The position numbers were made by a program, and so were the translations under genes. Positions 50,626 to 60,700 of a DNA stretch of 64,000 nt are shown here, piece after piece. The stretch comes from an uncultured Desulfosarcina sp. (GTDB lineage: Bacteria; Desulfobacterota; Desulfobacteria; Desulfobacterales; Desulfosarcinaceae): the NCBI GenBank assembly GCA_963674945.2, contig CAXXWQ010000004.1, positions 2,368,001 to 2,432,000 of the forward strand. Direction: 5' to 3'. Under the pieces are notes generated by a model, which worked only from the letters and a program-made list of their open reading frames with translations, did not search any database and was not told the origin of the DNA. How positions within the stretch are numbered: the stretch's first letter is position 1; each line of letters begins with the position of its first letter.

Positions 50626-50799
50626 TTTGACATAAAAGTTGTTTTTTTCCCACTCGTTAAGATCCATACCCTCTATAATGCTGGCGATTATGCGGTGTTG
50701 CTTCCCAAGCCCCCTGGCGAGCTTTAGACTCGTTGTAACCGGTACGCCTTTAGAATTAAGAACCACTAAATCAGTGTCGTTTGATGCTAAAAATTTCAT
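50626..50799 (-). pseudogene. Rha-family phage regulatory protein, N-terminal fragment truncated by IS1380
   Basis: PVTTSLKLARGLGKQHRII…NF matches the Rha N-terminal pattern; the frame runs into the IS. Confidence 0.65.
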
Positions 50800-51103
50800 C
50801 TGTTATCCTTTCGGAATTCGAAGCACATGCTCCGAGGTTAAAAACGTCCTCTAATTGGGACAAAAAATCATAGCTATCGTTTAACAGCTGTGTAGCCTGC
50901 CGGCGCTCAGCTATGGAATCGGCAGAATAATAACCGTGTTTCAAAGCGTTTACGTTTCCTACCGGGGCACCACTGCCAGCCGCTCCTCCATGCATCCTGC
51001 AACGCCGTTTACCTTTCACGGGCGGGTTTCTGCAAGGAGAACCACTTCGGGTTTTTGCACCACAGCGCAATACTGCAAGGGGTTGATCCACCGCTTTTTT
51101 CAT
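50771..51103 (-). CDS. HGGxSTG-domain protein with terS-like GNxNAxKHG motif
   Basis: RCGAKTRSGSPC…RCRMHGGA.GSGAPVGNVNALKHGYYS. Confidence 0.8.
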   Translation of the reverse strand: MKKAVDQPLAVLRCGAKTRSGSPCRNPPVKGKRRCRMHGGAAGSGAPVGNVNALKHGYYSADSIAERRQATQLLNDSYDFLSQLEDVFNLGACASNSERITDEIFSIKRH

Positions 51104-51639
51104 TTCCGTCCACCGCTTTCCACATTTCCGACGATTGCCTGTTCGGCGTTAACCACGACTTGACCGACCGACATCCGTCGTGACCCCTGCGAGTATTTTC
51201 CAAATGCCTCAAGTTGCTGGAGGTACATACGCATTAACCGCATGGCTAAATTGAGATATTTCTGAGCAGTTTCCGGAAATCCGCTGTCAGCTGCCCGTCT
51301 TAAAAAATGCATCGCCTGGAGATGTACGCACTCAATTTGACAGGCCAATTGGGCCTCTATAACATCCCTCGGACCGATCTCTGATATAGCCGCAATCAGT
51401 GCATTGATAACGGATTCCCTGTCGGATCCAATGTTGGCAGTAGCCTGGTTGAGCAATTGCAGTTGGGTGAGAGCCAATTTTGAATTTTCGGTCCCAAACA
51501 CCCTGGTAAGGTTGGCAACCCATTGGTCAAAGTTTGAATTTTCGCCGAGGGCCGGAGAGGGTAGGCCTTCTTGGTCGATCCTGATTTCCGGGAAGTTGTG
51601 CTTTCTTTGTCGGTGTTCTGATACAGTGACAGCCGTCAT
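51100..51639 (-). CDS. Helical hypothetical protein coupled to the HGGxSTG gene
   Basis: RBS GGAG; PRDVIEAQLACQ…H, QAIVGNV tail; ATGA overlap with the next gene. Confidence 0.7.
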   Translation of the reverse strand: MTAVTVSEHRQRKHNFPEIRIDQEGLPSPALGENSNFDQWVANLTRVFGTENSKLALTQLQLLNQATANIGSDRESVINALIAAISEIGPRDVIEAQLACQIECVHLQAMHFLRRAADSGFPETAQKYLNLAMRLMRMYLQQLEAFGKYSQGSRRMSVGQVVVNAEQAIVGNVESGGRK

Positions 51640-51641
51640 TA

Positions 51642-52151
51642 TCAACTCTCCTTGGTCGTTAGGTCCTGATACTGGCTTTTTGTCAATGCCGGTGGGTGAC
51701 AAACACTGCAAATGCGTCGGTTTTGGCCAAAAGGACGCCACCACTGATCGCTACCACAAATACTGCAAGTGCCTGTGTCTTCATATTCGCTTGTCGGTTT
51801 ATTCAACTTCCTCCATCGGTTGTCAGGGCATTGGCCCGTTTTTTCGAAGAGGTCCAAAACCGGTTGGCCATTTAACCCACAGATGCCCCCATCGGCTTGG
51901 CGAAAATAGCTGCAAAGATAATCGATGCAAAAAGCTGTTTGCTGGACCGACACCCCACTCTTCTCAAGATGGTGTAACCCTGGTGAAACCTGGATTAGGT
52001 TACTTGTGGGAACGATTTTATTATTGTTATTACAGTTTGTTAGAGGCCTTGTGACCTCTGTAACCTGTGTAACCCCATCGCGACGTCTCATCTTATTCTG
52101 CTCCTTAAGGAGCAGTTCCAATATGGTCGTACAATCATCGTTAGTGTGCAT
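51642..52151 (-). CDS. Hypothetical protein with C-terminal CxxC…CxxC; 5' part overlaps origin repeats
   Basis: CSICGSDQWW…ICSVCHPP; start uncertain. Confidence 0.45.
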   Translation of the reverse strand: MHTNDDCTTILELLLKEQNKMRRRDGVTQVTEVTRPLTNCNNNNKIVPTSNLIQVSPGLHHLEKSGVSVQQTAFCIDYLCSYFRQADGGICGLNGQPVLDLFEKTGQCPDNRWRKLNKPTSEYEDTGTCSICGSDQWWRPFGQNRRICSVCHPPALTKSQYQDLTTKES

Positions 52152-52212
52152 ATTCGCTCCATCATCAGTTTGAGGTTACGCAGGTTACACATAAATAAAA
52201 TATATTATAATG

Positions 52213-54670
52213 TCAGAACACTGCATCTCCGGGAAAACTATGTGACACCTCCGGCATGATTTGAGGTGCTGCAGCCATTTAGTTCGAATATCATTTGCAG
52301 CTCGGTACCGGGGTATTTTACCTGCGCACTGTTCAGATGCGCAAACAGTTGGCAAAGAGCCCGATTGGCCGCTGGGAACGAAGCGCCGTGCAATCGTATA
52401 TTCAATTGCTGATTTTCAATATCGGGCAGTACATCGCCTTCGGTCTGGAACAGTGTCTGGAGAAGACTCCGTGCATCCGACGAGTTTACCGTCGGACCCG
52501 TGAGCAACCCAACCATTGCCGTCTCTGCACGATATGCAATCATACGAACCGTGTCCATCAGGCGTTTTCTGCCCGGTTGTAAACGTAAAAATTTATCTTT
52601 TGCTTCAAGTTCTCCCCACGTGATGTGTTTACTTGTCTGTTTTCGTTTTTCTTTCAACTCGCTGAGTTGATACTCCATCTTTTCGATTTCTTCTAACAGC
52701 TCGGCCTTTTTCTCTATCCACTTCTTAAACTTTACCGGTTTGTCTTCATTTTCAGGGTGAATGGTCATCTCGGCAAAACAGGCACGACGATATCGTAGCT
52801 TGTTCTGCAACGAATTACGGGATTGATTCAATTGCCGCCAAACGGGGTTGATTACCCGTTCGGTATCAGGAAATTCAACGACACCATAATCTAAAAGCAC
52901 ATCGATATCAAAATGTTGCATCATATAGTTGAAAAAGTTTTCCTGACACCACCGGCTGAACATGCGTGCTGCCAATTGAGTATGCGGCAAATCGAAAGCG
53001 GTGCTGATTACGCTGGTCTGGTGTCCGGAATCGGTCAGTTTTCGCACTTGTCGCATCCATGTTGCACCCTTACCAGATCCCACCAAACTACCCATTTCGC
53101 AAAGCCGCATCTTCACCACCTCTTTGTTTGGCATCGCAACTTCATACTCGGTGAACCAATGCTCCGGCCATGATTCACCAGGATGCTTATGATACGTCAT
53201 GCAGCCGATTCGATGGCGATCCCACATTTCCTTGAAGAATGCGGGACTATATCCTTCCCTGTCGAAAACAAGAACGAACCGGCATAAACATGGGTTCTCT
53301 TGTAGTTGCTGCAAACCGGGTTGATTCGGAACGTCTTGCAACAACCGGGGAACGATATCGTCTCTTAAAACCGCCAATAATCCAGGATCGATCTGCTTTT
53401 CGACGACAAAAAAAGGTCGGCCAATCGCATCGTTAACCCAATAGTCGGTAATGCCCCTCATGCACAATCGTTCCCGGGACACGTAGCGGCGCGGTAGTCG
53501 GGTCAATTTTCCATGATAAACACGTACATGCCCGTCAACATAAAGCGCGCCAACCGATTCGGGCGCCTGTTCCATCCAGTATTTACCGAGGTATGCGGCC
53601 CACTTTTCCGCGCCGTGGTCTGCGCTCAACGCATCCATCTTGTAACGCAAACAGCGAACCTCCGGTGCACGATCCAAGCCCAATAACTTACCAAATTCTC
53701 CCGGAGCATGGCCTCGTATTTTTTCTGTCGTCTTGATCCTGCATAAGGCCATAAACGAAAGCAGCAACAAGACATGAAAGATCGTGTAATAGCCTTTGAC
53801 TTGGCCGAGGAACTGTTTTGCGCCGGTAAACAACCCGTTTGCCACCAATGACGGTATCGCACAAAGAACGCCTGCTTTGGGAACGTCCAGGCATCTGTCA
53901 AAACGAACCGGCGCACCAACCATTTTGCCCAATGATGCCAATATGCGTTCCCCGACTCGGTTGCAAGCCGTCCCCATACCATCGGCAGCAGCCATGTCGA
54001 CCATGTCCCGATCTGATTTGGTTAGACACGGTTCACCAATCCTTGATTCGATTAACCGACCATCATCTATAGCTTTGCGAAACGTATCGTATTTAATGCC
54101 AAGTTCCAGGGCGGCATCTTTTTTCGAGCACCCTTGATCCAGTAAACGTTGGGCTTGTTCAAGCACCTCAGGTTTGAAAACCTTGCCGCCGCGTCGTCCC
54201 CGCCGCTGAACGAAAAATGCCTCGGCGCCGCCGGACCTGAGTTTGTTCACGAATCGGATGACATTGCTCTTGGATACGCCGAATGTGTTTTGGATATCGA
54301 TCTGGCGGCAAGCTCCGGATTCAACCAGTTGGGCTGTTATCATCCGAAACATTCGTTGATCGCCTTGTCTGTGAGAATAAATCGGAACGGTCGATAGAAA
54401 ATAGGTCCAGGTCGTATCGTCACGAAATACACTGACAAGCCCGTTGATTTGTCTTGCACCGCGAGGAATAAGTGGTAGTATCTGTTGAGGCATGGCATCC
54501 TTTTCCTTTCATTTATCCGCCAAGATAATAAGGTTAAAGGTGCCATGTTCATTTTCCGGTTGCAATACCTTACCGGCCTGCTGGATTCAGACTCCTATCT
54601 TTCTGTTTTTCAACCACTTACATTATGTTTTGCTTGCCATATGCAACAATTAGGAAATCAAGTTTCCTGA
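52213..54670 (-). mobile_element. Unclassified IS (2458 bp) with a long DDE transposase
   Basis: Imperfect IRs TCAGAACACTGCATCTCC / TCAGGAAACTTGATTTCC (13/18); 3-bp flanking repeat ATG. Confidence 0.7.
52238..54493 (-). CDS. Putative DDE transposase (751 aa) with N-terminal HTHs
   Basis: YVDGHVRVY, VFDREGYS, RWCQENFF..M (IS4-superfamily-like D, D, E); C-terminal coiled coil. Confidence 0.75.
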   Translation of the reverse strand: MPQQILPLIPRGARQINGLVSVFRDDTTWTYFLSTVPIYSHRQGDQRMFRMITAQLVESGACRQIDIQNTFGVSKSNVIRFVNKLRSGGAEAFFVQRRGRRGGKVFKPEVLEQAQRLLDQGCSKKDAALELGIKYDTFRKAIDDGRLIESRIGEPCLTKSDRDMVDMAAADGMGTACNRVGERILASLGKMVGAPVRFDRCLDVPKAGVLCAIPSLVANGLFTGAKQFLGQVKGYYTIFHVLLLLSFMALCRIKTTEKIRGHAPGEFGKLLGLDRAPEVRCLRYKMDALSADHGAEKWAAYLGKYWMEQAPESVGALYVDGHVRVYHGKLTRLPRRYVSRERLCMRGITDYWVNDAIGRPFFVVEKQIDPGLLAVLRDDIVPRLLQDVPNQPGLQQLQENPCLCRFVLVFDREGYSPAFFKEMWDRHRIGCMTYHKHPGESWPEHWFTEYEVAMPNKEVVKMRLCEMGSLVGSGKGATWMRQVRKLTDSGHQTSVISTAFDLPHTQLAARMFSRWCQENFFNYMMQHFDIDVLLDYGVVEFPDTERVINPVWRQLNQSRNSLQNKLRYRRACFAEMTIHPENEDKPVKFKKWIEKKAELLEEIEKMEYQLSELKEKRKQTSKHITWGELEAKDKFLRLQPGRKRLMDTVRMIAYRAETAMVGLLTGPTVNSSDARSLLQTLFQTEGDVLPDIENQQLNIRLHGASFPAANRALCQLFAHLNSAQVKYPGTELQMIFELNGCSTSNHAGGVT

Positions 54671-54725
54671 ATGTATTAATTTTATTATATTTTAATGTGT
54701 AACCTGAAACGTAACCACATGTTAC

Positions 54726-57253
54726 CTATGAAACCCCGTCCTGAGCTAAAGGCATCTTAGAAATATCGAATCCCCAAGCCTTTTGGACCTTATGGTTGAT
54801 TCGATGGGTCTTATTGCTGAACAGAAATGCCGGATGATCCTTCAGGGCTTCCATGAGCTCAGTTGATCTCCAGCCGAGTGGAAAGTTCTGATCCTTTAAA
54901 GTCTTCTCTGCACTGGGCTTATGAATCCAGATGATCCCGTCTTTAATATCGAGGAACGTTGACATCGCATCTTGTTTTAGCCCCGTAATCATGTCGAAGA
55001 ACTCGTCAGCGACCGTCTCTTCGTACTCCAAGCACGTTCGCTGTTTAGCCTGCGCAAGAGTTTTTAAATAGGGCAGCATGTCGTAGTCGATTCGCAACAA
55101 TTCGGCCAGGAGTCTGTAAAATCCGAGAACCAATCCGTGAGTCTCCTTTATTCGTGAAGTCAGATCAAGTCCATCCAGGTCATTTTTCGCCTCCTCAAAA
55201 TGTTGGTACCACTGCTTTTCTAAGAACAGTCGGTGCTGCATGACTTGAGGATAGAACCCAGCTTTTACAGAATTCGGAACCCGGTCCAATTCGTTGAAGG
55301 CTCGCAGAGTAGTCTCGTTGAGCTCTTCCGCTAAAAATGGAACTGAGATTACTCGTTCCTTCAGGGGGGGGTATTAAAGGGTTCATTGTTTTGAACAAAC
55401 ATCAGGGCTCCGTAAAAAGGCGTCTCATGAGTTCGATTGTCATTGGTCATTAGAGCGCGGAGCTGAAGCCCATTCTTGTTGTAGATTGGCAACATGAAAC
55501 CCAGGCTCAAACGGGTCTGGCGCCAATCCTTCGGCCACTCGAGTAGCGCAGTGAAAAGGCCCGACCGTTGGGACATTTTGCGGATTTCTCCTTTGGCGGT
55601 GTTGGTCTTGCTCATAGGGATACCTTCCTCATCTAGGCATTGAAAGAGGTTCATAATTCTGGTCAGGTTGGATTTACCCGTCTGGGAGTTCTTATAAAGA
55701 GACAGAAACGGGAAAAATCCGACTTGGTCCTTAATCTGGTTGACAAACCAGCTGGCTACGACCCAAGCTAACGTTACCAATGCCTTATACCCCCAAGCCC
55801 TATAAAGCTGATCGATAAGAAAGTGAACGTCAGTCCCTTCAGAAGGCTTCAGCGTGTTATGGTATGGTGGGCGGATATATTTTCCGGAATTGACTTTGAA
55901 AAAACCGTTTTTATCAGGCATCACCATTCGACCTTCACGGTCGATCATATGATCCCGATAGATGTAGCAATCGGATTCTCGATCATAACCGAAAATATGC
56001 AACTGTCTGACGACAGGTGCTTTGGAATTGAGAATCAGTTTAACCAATTCGTTCGAAGGCGCTTTCTCGCCAGTCCATGATACCCGCCCCCTTTGCAGAA
56101 ACATGGTCCGTAGCCCTTGAGGGGATGAAAGTTCTTTGGCTATGACAGTAAAAGTGGCTTTATGACCACTTTTAGCCTTAACCTCCAGGTGGTAGCGATA
56201 AACAGGTTCATCAGGATTTGACTGGTCCAATTCGTAATATACTGTCCGGAGCGTAAAATCCGAGACCTGCTGACATACGACGTCTTTAAGGTCATTACCT
56301 TTGAGAGTCGAAAAATAGTATGCTCCATTGAAATCGAACAGTCCTGTCAGATTCCGATGGCCATACCAAATTCTGGCATACTCTTGTGCGCTACTCGCAC
56401 AAGCCAGATGGGCTTCGGTAGCATATTCGACCCGATCTTTTTCGAATGTTAAAGGCTCCAATTTCCCATTCAAAAGCAGATCATTCCAATCTCCATGTAT
56501 CGGTAGAATGGTCTTAATATAATCGTGCTGTTGCCCTTTTAGATATGACTTGAACCGTTTGAGGGCTTTGTGACCAGCAGGATCGTTGTCAAACGCGAGA
56601 ACAATCTTCTTGTACGAACTTAGATCGACTTTTTCAGGATCCTGGTTTGAACTAAGGATGGCAACTGCTTGGTGTCCAGCTTCGATCAAGGACAAGGCAT
56701 TGATGATCCCTTCTGTGACAAATGTCTCTTTGGTCGGATCATCGTCAAACCCTGGGTGGCGCCAGACGCACCCGGAGGTGCTACCCTTATTGTGTGTCTT
56801 GCCCTCTCCATCAGGAGGATCAAAAAGGCGTCCATTGTAGACCGTTTCTCCTGATGGCGATTTAATTGGAAACATGACTGCACCCGAGCCCGTTTTTCTG
56901 ACATCAGACCAATACTTGTAATCGAGTCCTTCCAGAGATTTATTTAAACCCCTGCTTTGAAGGTAGGTGGTCCCCGGCCGATTCTTGTCTTCAGCAGTCG
57001 CGGGAAAATCTTCTTCGAAATTGATTCGTGCACCTGGAAGAATATCTGCGACGTCCACAACGGCGCCACAGTTATTTCTACGGTTGCAATAAAGTTTGTC
57101 TGGCCTTTCCGAATAGGCATAGGCCTCAGGCTCGCCGCATTCCGGGCAGTTTAGCCCCGTGATATACTTGTCGCTACGCTTGGTGTGATCCCCCCAATAT
57201 GCGCTGCTTTGCAGCTCTGCGAGGATTTTCTCGGCTATTGCATTTTGCGTCAT
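54726..57253 (-). pseudogene. Zn-finger/Toprim primase-helicase split by a frameshift in a C8 tract (842 aa if one C is added)
   Basis: CPECG…CNRRNNCG, FVTEGIINALS, AFDNDPAG, DWND, QTGKS. A ninth C at 55364-55371 reads …NTPPLKERVISVPF… into ORF 54726-55289. Confidence 0.82.
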
Positions 57254-57258
57254 TGTGG

Positions 57259-57495
57259 TCAGCTCTCAATGCCTTGCCGTTCCTGGTAACGGTCTGCGAC
57301 CGAAGCATGACCTGGAGCAGGGTTTATCGTGGCAATGATACTTCCACGATTGGTCACCCAGACGCTTTGTTGGGTCCGGTGGACAAAATTAAGGATTCTG
57401 GATACGGCCCAAGCGAGTTCGGTGACAGACACGATCCGATGATTTTCTTGTGCTTGGGTGGGTTGGGATTTCTCAAAAGGTTTTGGTGCTTTCAT
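57259..57495 (-). CDS. Phd/YefM-fold-like small DNA-binding protein
   Basis: IVSVTELAWAVSRILNFV….VWVTNRGSIIATINP follows the Phd pattern; RBS AAGGAG. Confidence 0.55.
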   Translation of the reverse strand: MKAPKPFEKSQPTQAQENHRIVSVTELAWAVSRILNFVHRTQQSVWVTNRGSIIATINPAPGHASVADRYQERQGIES

Positions 57496-57744
57496 AAGAC
57501 TTTTCTCCTTATACAAGAAGTAGTGATGAGGACATTCGGCCCAGTGCTGAATGTCTATGTAAGTATCTAATAAATAATGGGTGTTTGCCGGAGCAAAGTT
57601 AAGTGTTAAGTGACTGTTTTATCAATATAATCAAAAATAAATTAATTGATAAATTTCACTTCAAAAAAGGTAGGTAGATAGCCAAAATTTACTAGTGAAA
57701 GCAGTTTTAATTGACTATCCTATAAGGAGAAAGGAACCTGCCCA

Positions 57745-60700
57745 ATGCAACAAGTTAATTTCAACCATCTTCATGTCCATACGGAGTACAGCCTTTTGGA
57801 CGGCGCTATTCGCGTGAACGATCTGATCAGCAAAACAAGAGAACTTGGAATGACGGCCGTGGCGATCACCGATCACGGTACTATGTTCGGAGTGATGGAC
57901 TTCTACCGGCAGGCGGACCATGCTGGTATTAAGCCCATCATTGGTTGTGAGTTTTATGTAGCCCCACGAACGATGGCAGACAAGACACCAGAAGATCGGA
58001 TGGGGACCAACCACCTCGTTCTGTTGGCCGAGAATCAAGCGGGCTACCGCAATCTATGCAAACTGGCAACGATTGCACAGCAGGAAGGTCACTACTACAA
58101 ACCTCGCATCGACAGGAACGTCCTGGTTGAATGTGCCGAAGGCATCATCGCACTCTCGGCCTGCCTCAAAGGGGACATTCCGCAGCACATCCTGGCTGGA
58201 CAGATAGACAAAGCCGAGGAGTCAGCCCAGTATTACCGGAGAACGTTCGGAGAGGATAGCTTTTTTCTGGAACTTCAGCATAACGGCATCCCCGCTCAGG
58301 AAGCTGTCAACCGAGGACTGGCAGAGCTGTATCAACGCCTTTCCATCCCGCTTGTAGCAACCAACGATTGCCACTATCTTACCCGGCAGGACGCCAAGGC
58401 TCACGAAGTTTTTCTGTGCATCCAGACGAAGAAAACCATTAACGATTCGAACCGCCTATCCTTCAACACAGATCAGCTCTATATTAAGTCCCCTGCGGAA
58501 ATGGAGGAGTGCTTGGGTAGCTATCCTGGTGCTATTGAGAACTCGGCAGTCATCGCTGAACGATGCAATGTCGAGTTCGATTTAAAATCCTATCATTTTC
58601 CCAAATACTCTATCCAGTCACAGAAAGCCGAAGAACAATTGTTCGACGATGAGGTGCACCAAGGGTTTGAGCGACGCATGGCCGTCATACGTGAGACTTG
58701 TCCTGAACTTGATGAAAAAATCTATCGTGATCGACTGGAATACGAGATAAAGACCATCAAAGAAATTGGCTTTCCAGGTTATTTTCTCATCGTTGCCGAC
58801 TTTATCCGCCATGCTAAGGAAAACGGTATCCCGGTGGGGCCGGGCCGCGGGTCGTCTGCAGGTAGTTTGGTCGCTTTCGCCCTGTTCATCACCGATATCG
58901 ATCCTATCGAGCATGGGTTGATCTTCGAACGTTTCCTCAACCCATCTCGAATCAGTATGCCCGATATCGACGTGGATTTCTGTATTAATGGTCGTGAACG
59001 CGTATACGACTATGTCGTGGAACGCTACGGTGGCAGAGATTTTGTGGCGCAGATTGTCACTTTTGGTAAGATGAAGGCGAAACAGGTGATTCGAGACGTG
59101 GGCAGGGCATTGGATATTCCACTATCAGAGGTAAACAGCATTGCCAAATTGATTCCTGACGACACCAAGATGACCATAGATAAGGCGTTGAGTATGGAAC
59201 CAAGATTGGTCAAGCTGGCCGCGACGGATCCACGCATCGCCGAGTTGTTCGAGATTAGTCGGGGTCTGGAAGGCTTGTCCCGCCATTCATCAACACATGC
59301 GGCTGGCGTTGTGATCGGTGACAAGCCCTTGATCGATTACATGCCGTTATATAAAGGTAAGGAAAACTCAGTCGTCACGCAATTCGATATGCACAACGTC
59401 GAGAAACTCGGTTTGGTCAAGTTCGATTTTCTTGGGCTGCGAAACCTCACCGTAATCGCTCAAACTCTGAAACTCATCAAGGAACAAGAGAAGGATGTGC
59501 CTGATCTTGGGAATCTGCCGAAGAATGATCCAGACACATTCGACCTGTTGCAATCCGGGGAAACCACCGGTGTGTTCCAACTTGAAAGCCCGGGTATGAA
59601 AGATCTGCTGGCCCGGTTGTATCCCGAAAATTTCTCGGATTTGACCGCATTGGTGGCATTGTACCGTCCAGGTCCTTTGAATAGCGGCATGGTTGACGAC
59701 TTTGTCGAGTGCAAGCATGGCCGCCGAAACATCGAGTACCTATTCCCAGAGTTGGAACCGATCCTCAAGGAAACATACGGAGTTATAGTCTATCAGGAAC
59801 AGGTCATGCAAATTGCCTGTAAATTGGCCGGCTATTCTATGGCCGACGCCGATAGCCTGCGCAAAGCCATCGGAAAAAAGATAGACTCGTTGATGGCCGA
59901 ACATCGTGAAAGTTTTATAAGTGGGTGTATCGCGAACCATTTGGACGAAGAAAAGGTCACACACCTGTTCGATCTGATAGAGAAATTCGGTGGATACGGA
60001 TTCAACAAGTCCCACAGCGCCGCTTATGCGCTGCTCTCTTATCAGACGGCGTATTTGAAAGCCCATTACCCTGTCGAATTTATGGCGGCGTGGTTGTCCA
60101 TCGCTAAGGGTGATTCGGATGAAACTGCGAAATTCATAGATCAGTGTAAGGAAAGAGATATAGCTGTTCTCCCACCAGACATCAACGTCAGCGATAAAGC
60201 TTTCAGTATCGAACAAGGCGCTATCCGATATGGATTGCAGGCGATTAAAAACCTCGGCTCTAAAGCGATCGATACTATTTTAGAAGCTCGGGGTTACAGT
60301 CCTTTTACGGGCCTGATGGATTTTCAAACCCGTGTGCCCAAAAGGAAAGCCAATAAACGTGTCGTTGAAACGCTGATCAAGGCGGGCGCTTTCGAATCAA
60401 CCGGATGGTCCAAGGATCAGTTGCTCGTCCAGTTGGATCCAAAACTCAAGCCCGTTAGTTTGGAAACGAAGTATCAAACCCCGTCAGCAAGCCGTTTACT
60501 CGACCTCGGCCATTTGAATTACGAACAGGAAGCGCTCGGGTTATATTTGACTGGTCATCCTGTTCAGCTTCACCAGGATCTCATTAGTGGTCTTGAATGC
60601 GTGGATAGCAAAAGGTTCCCCGAATTGGCTAATAAACAGGCGGTATGCGTGGCCGGTACTATTGATCAGATAACACGAACTACCACTAAGCACGGAAAAG

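Larger units (their letters stand above)
51974..54726. other. Putative iteron replication origin split by an IS
   Basis: GTAACC/GGTTAC at 51974, 51998, 52060, 52069, 52174, 52183, 54699 and 54711. CAGGTTACACA / TGTGTAACCTG form an inverted pair around an AT-rich core once 52213-54670 is removed. Lies directly downstream of the primase-helicase. Confidence 0.65.
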
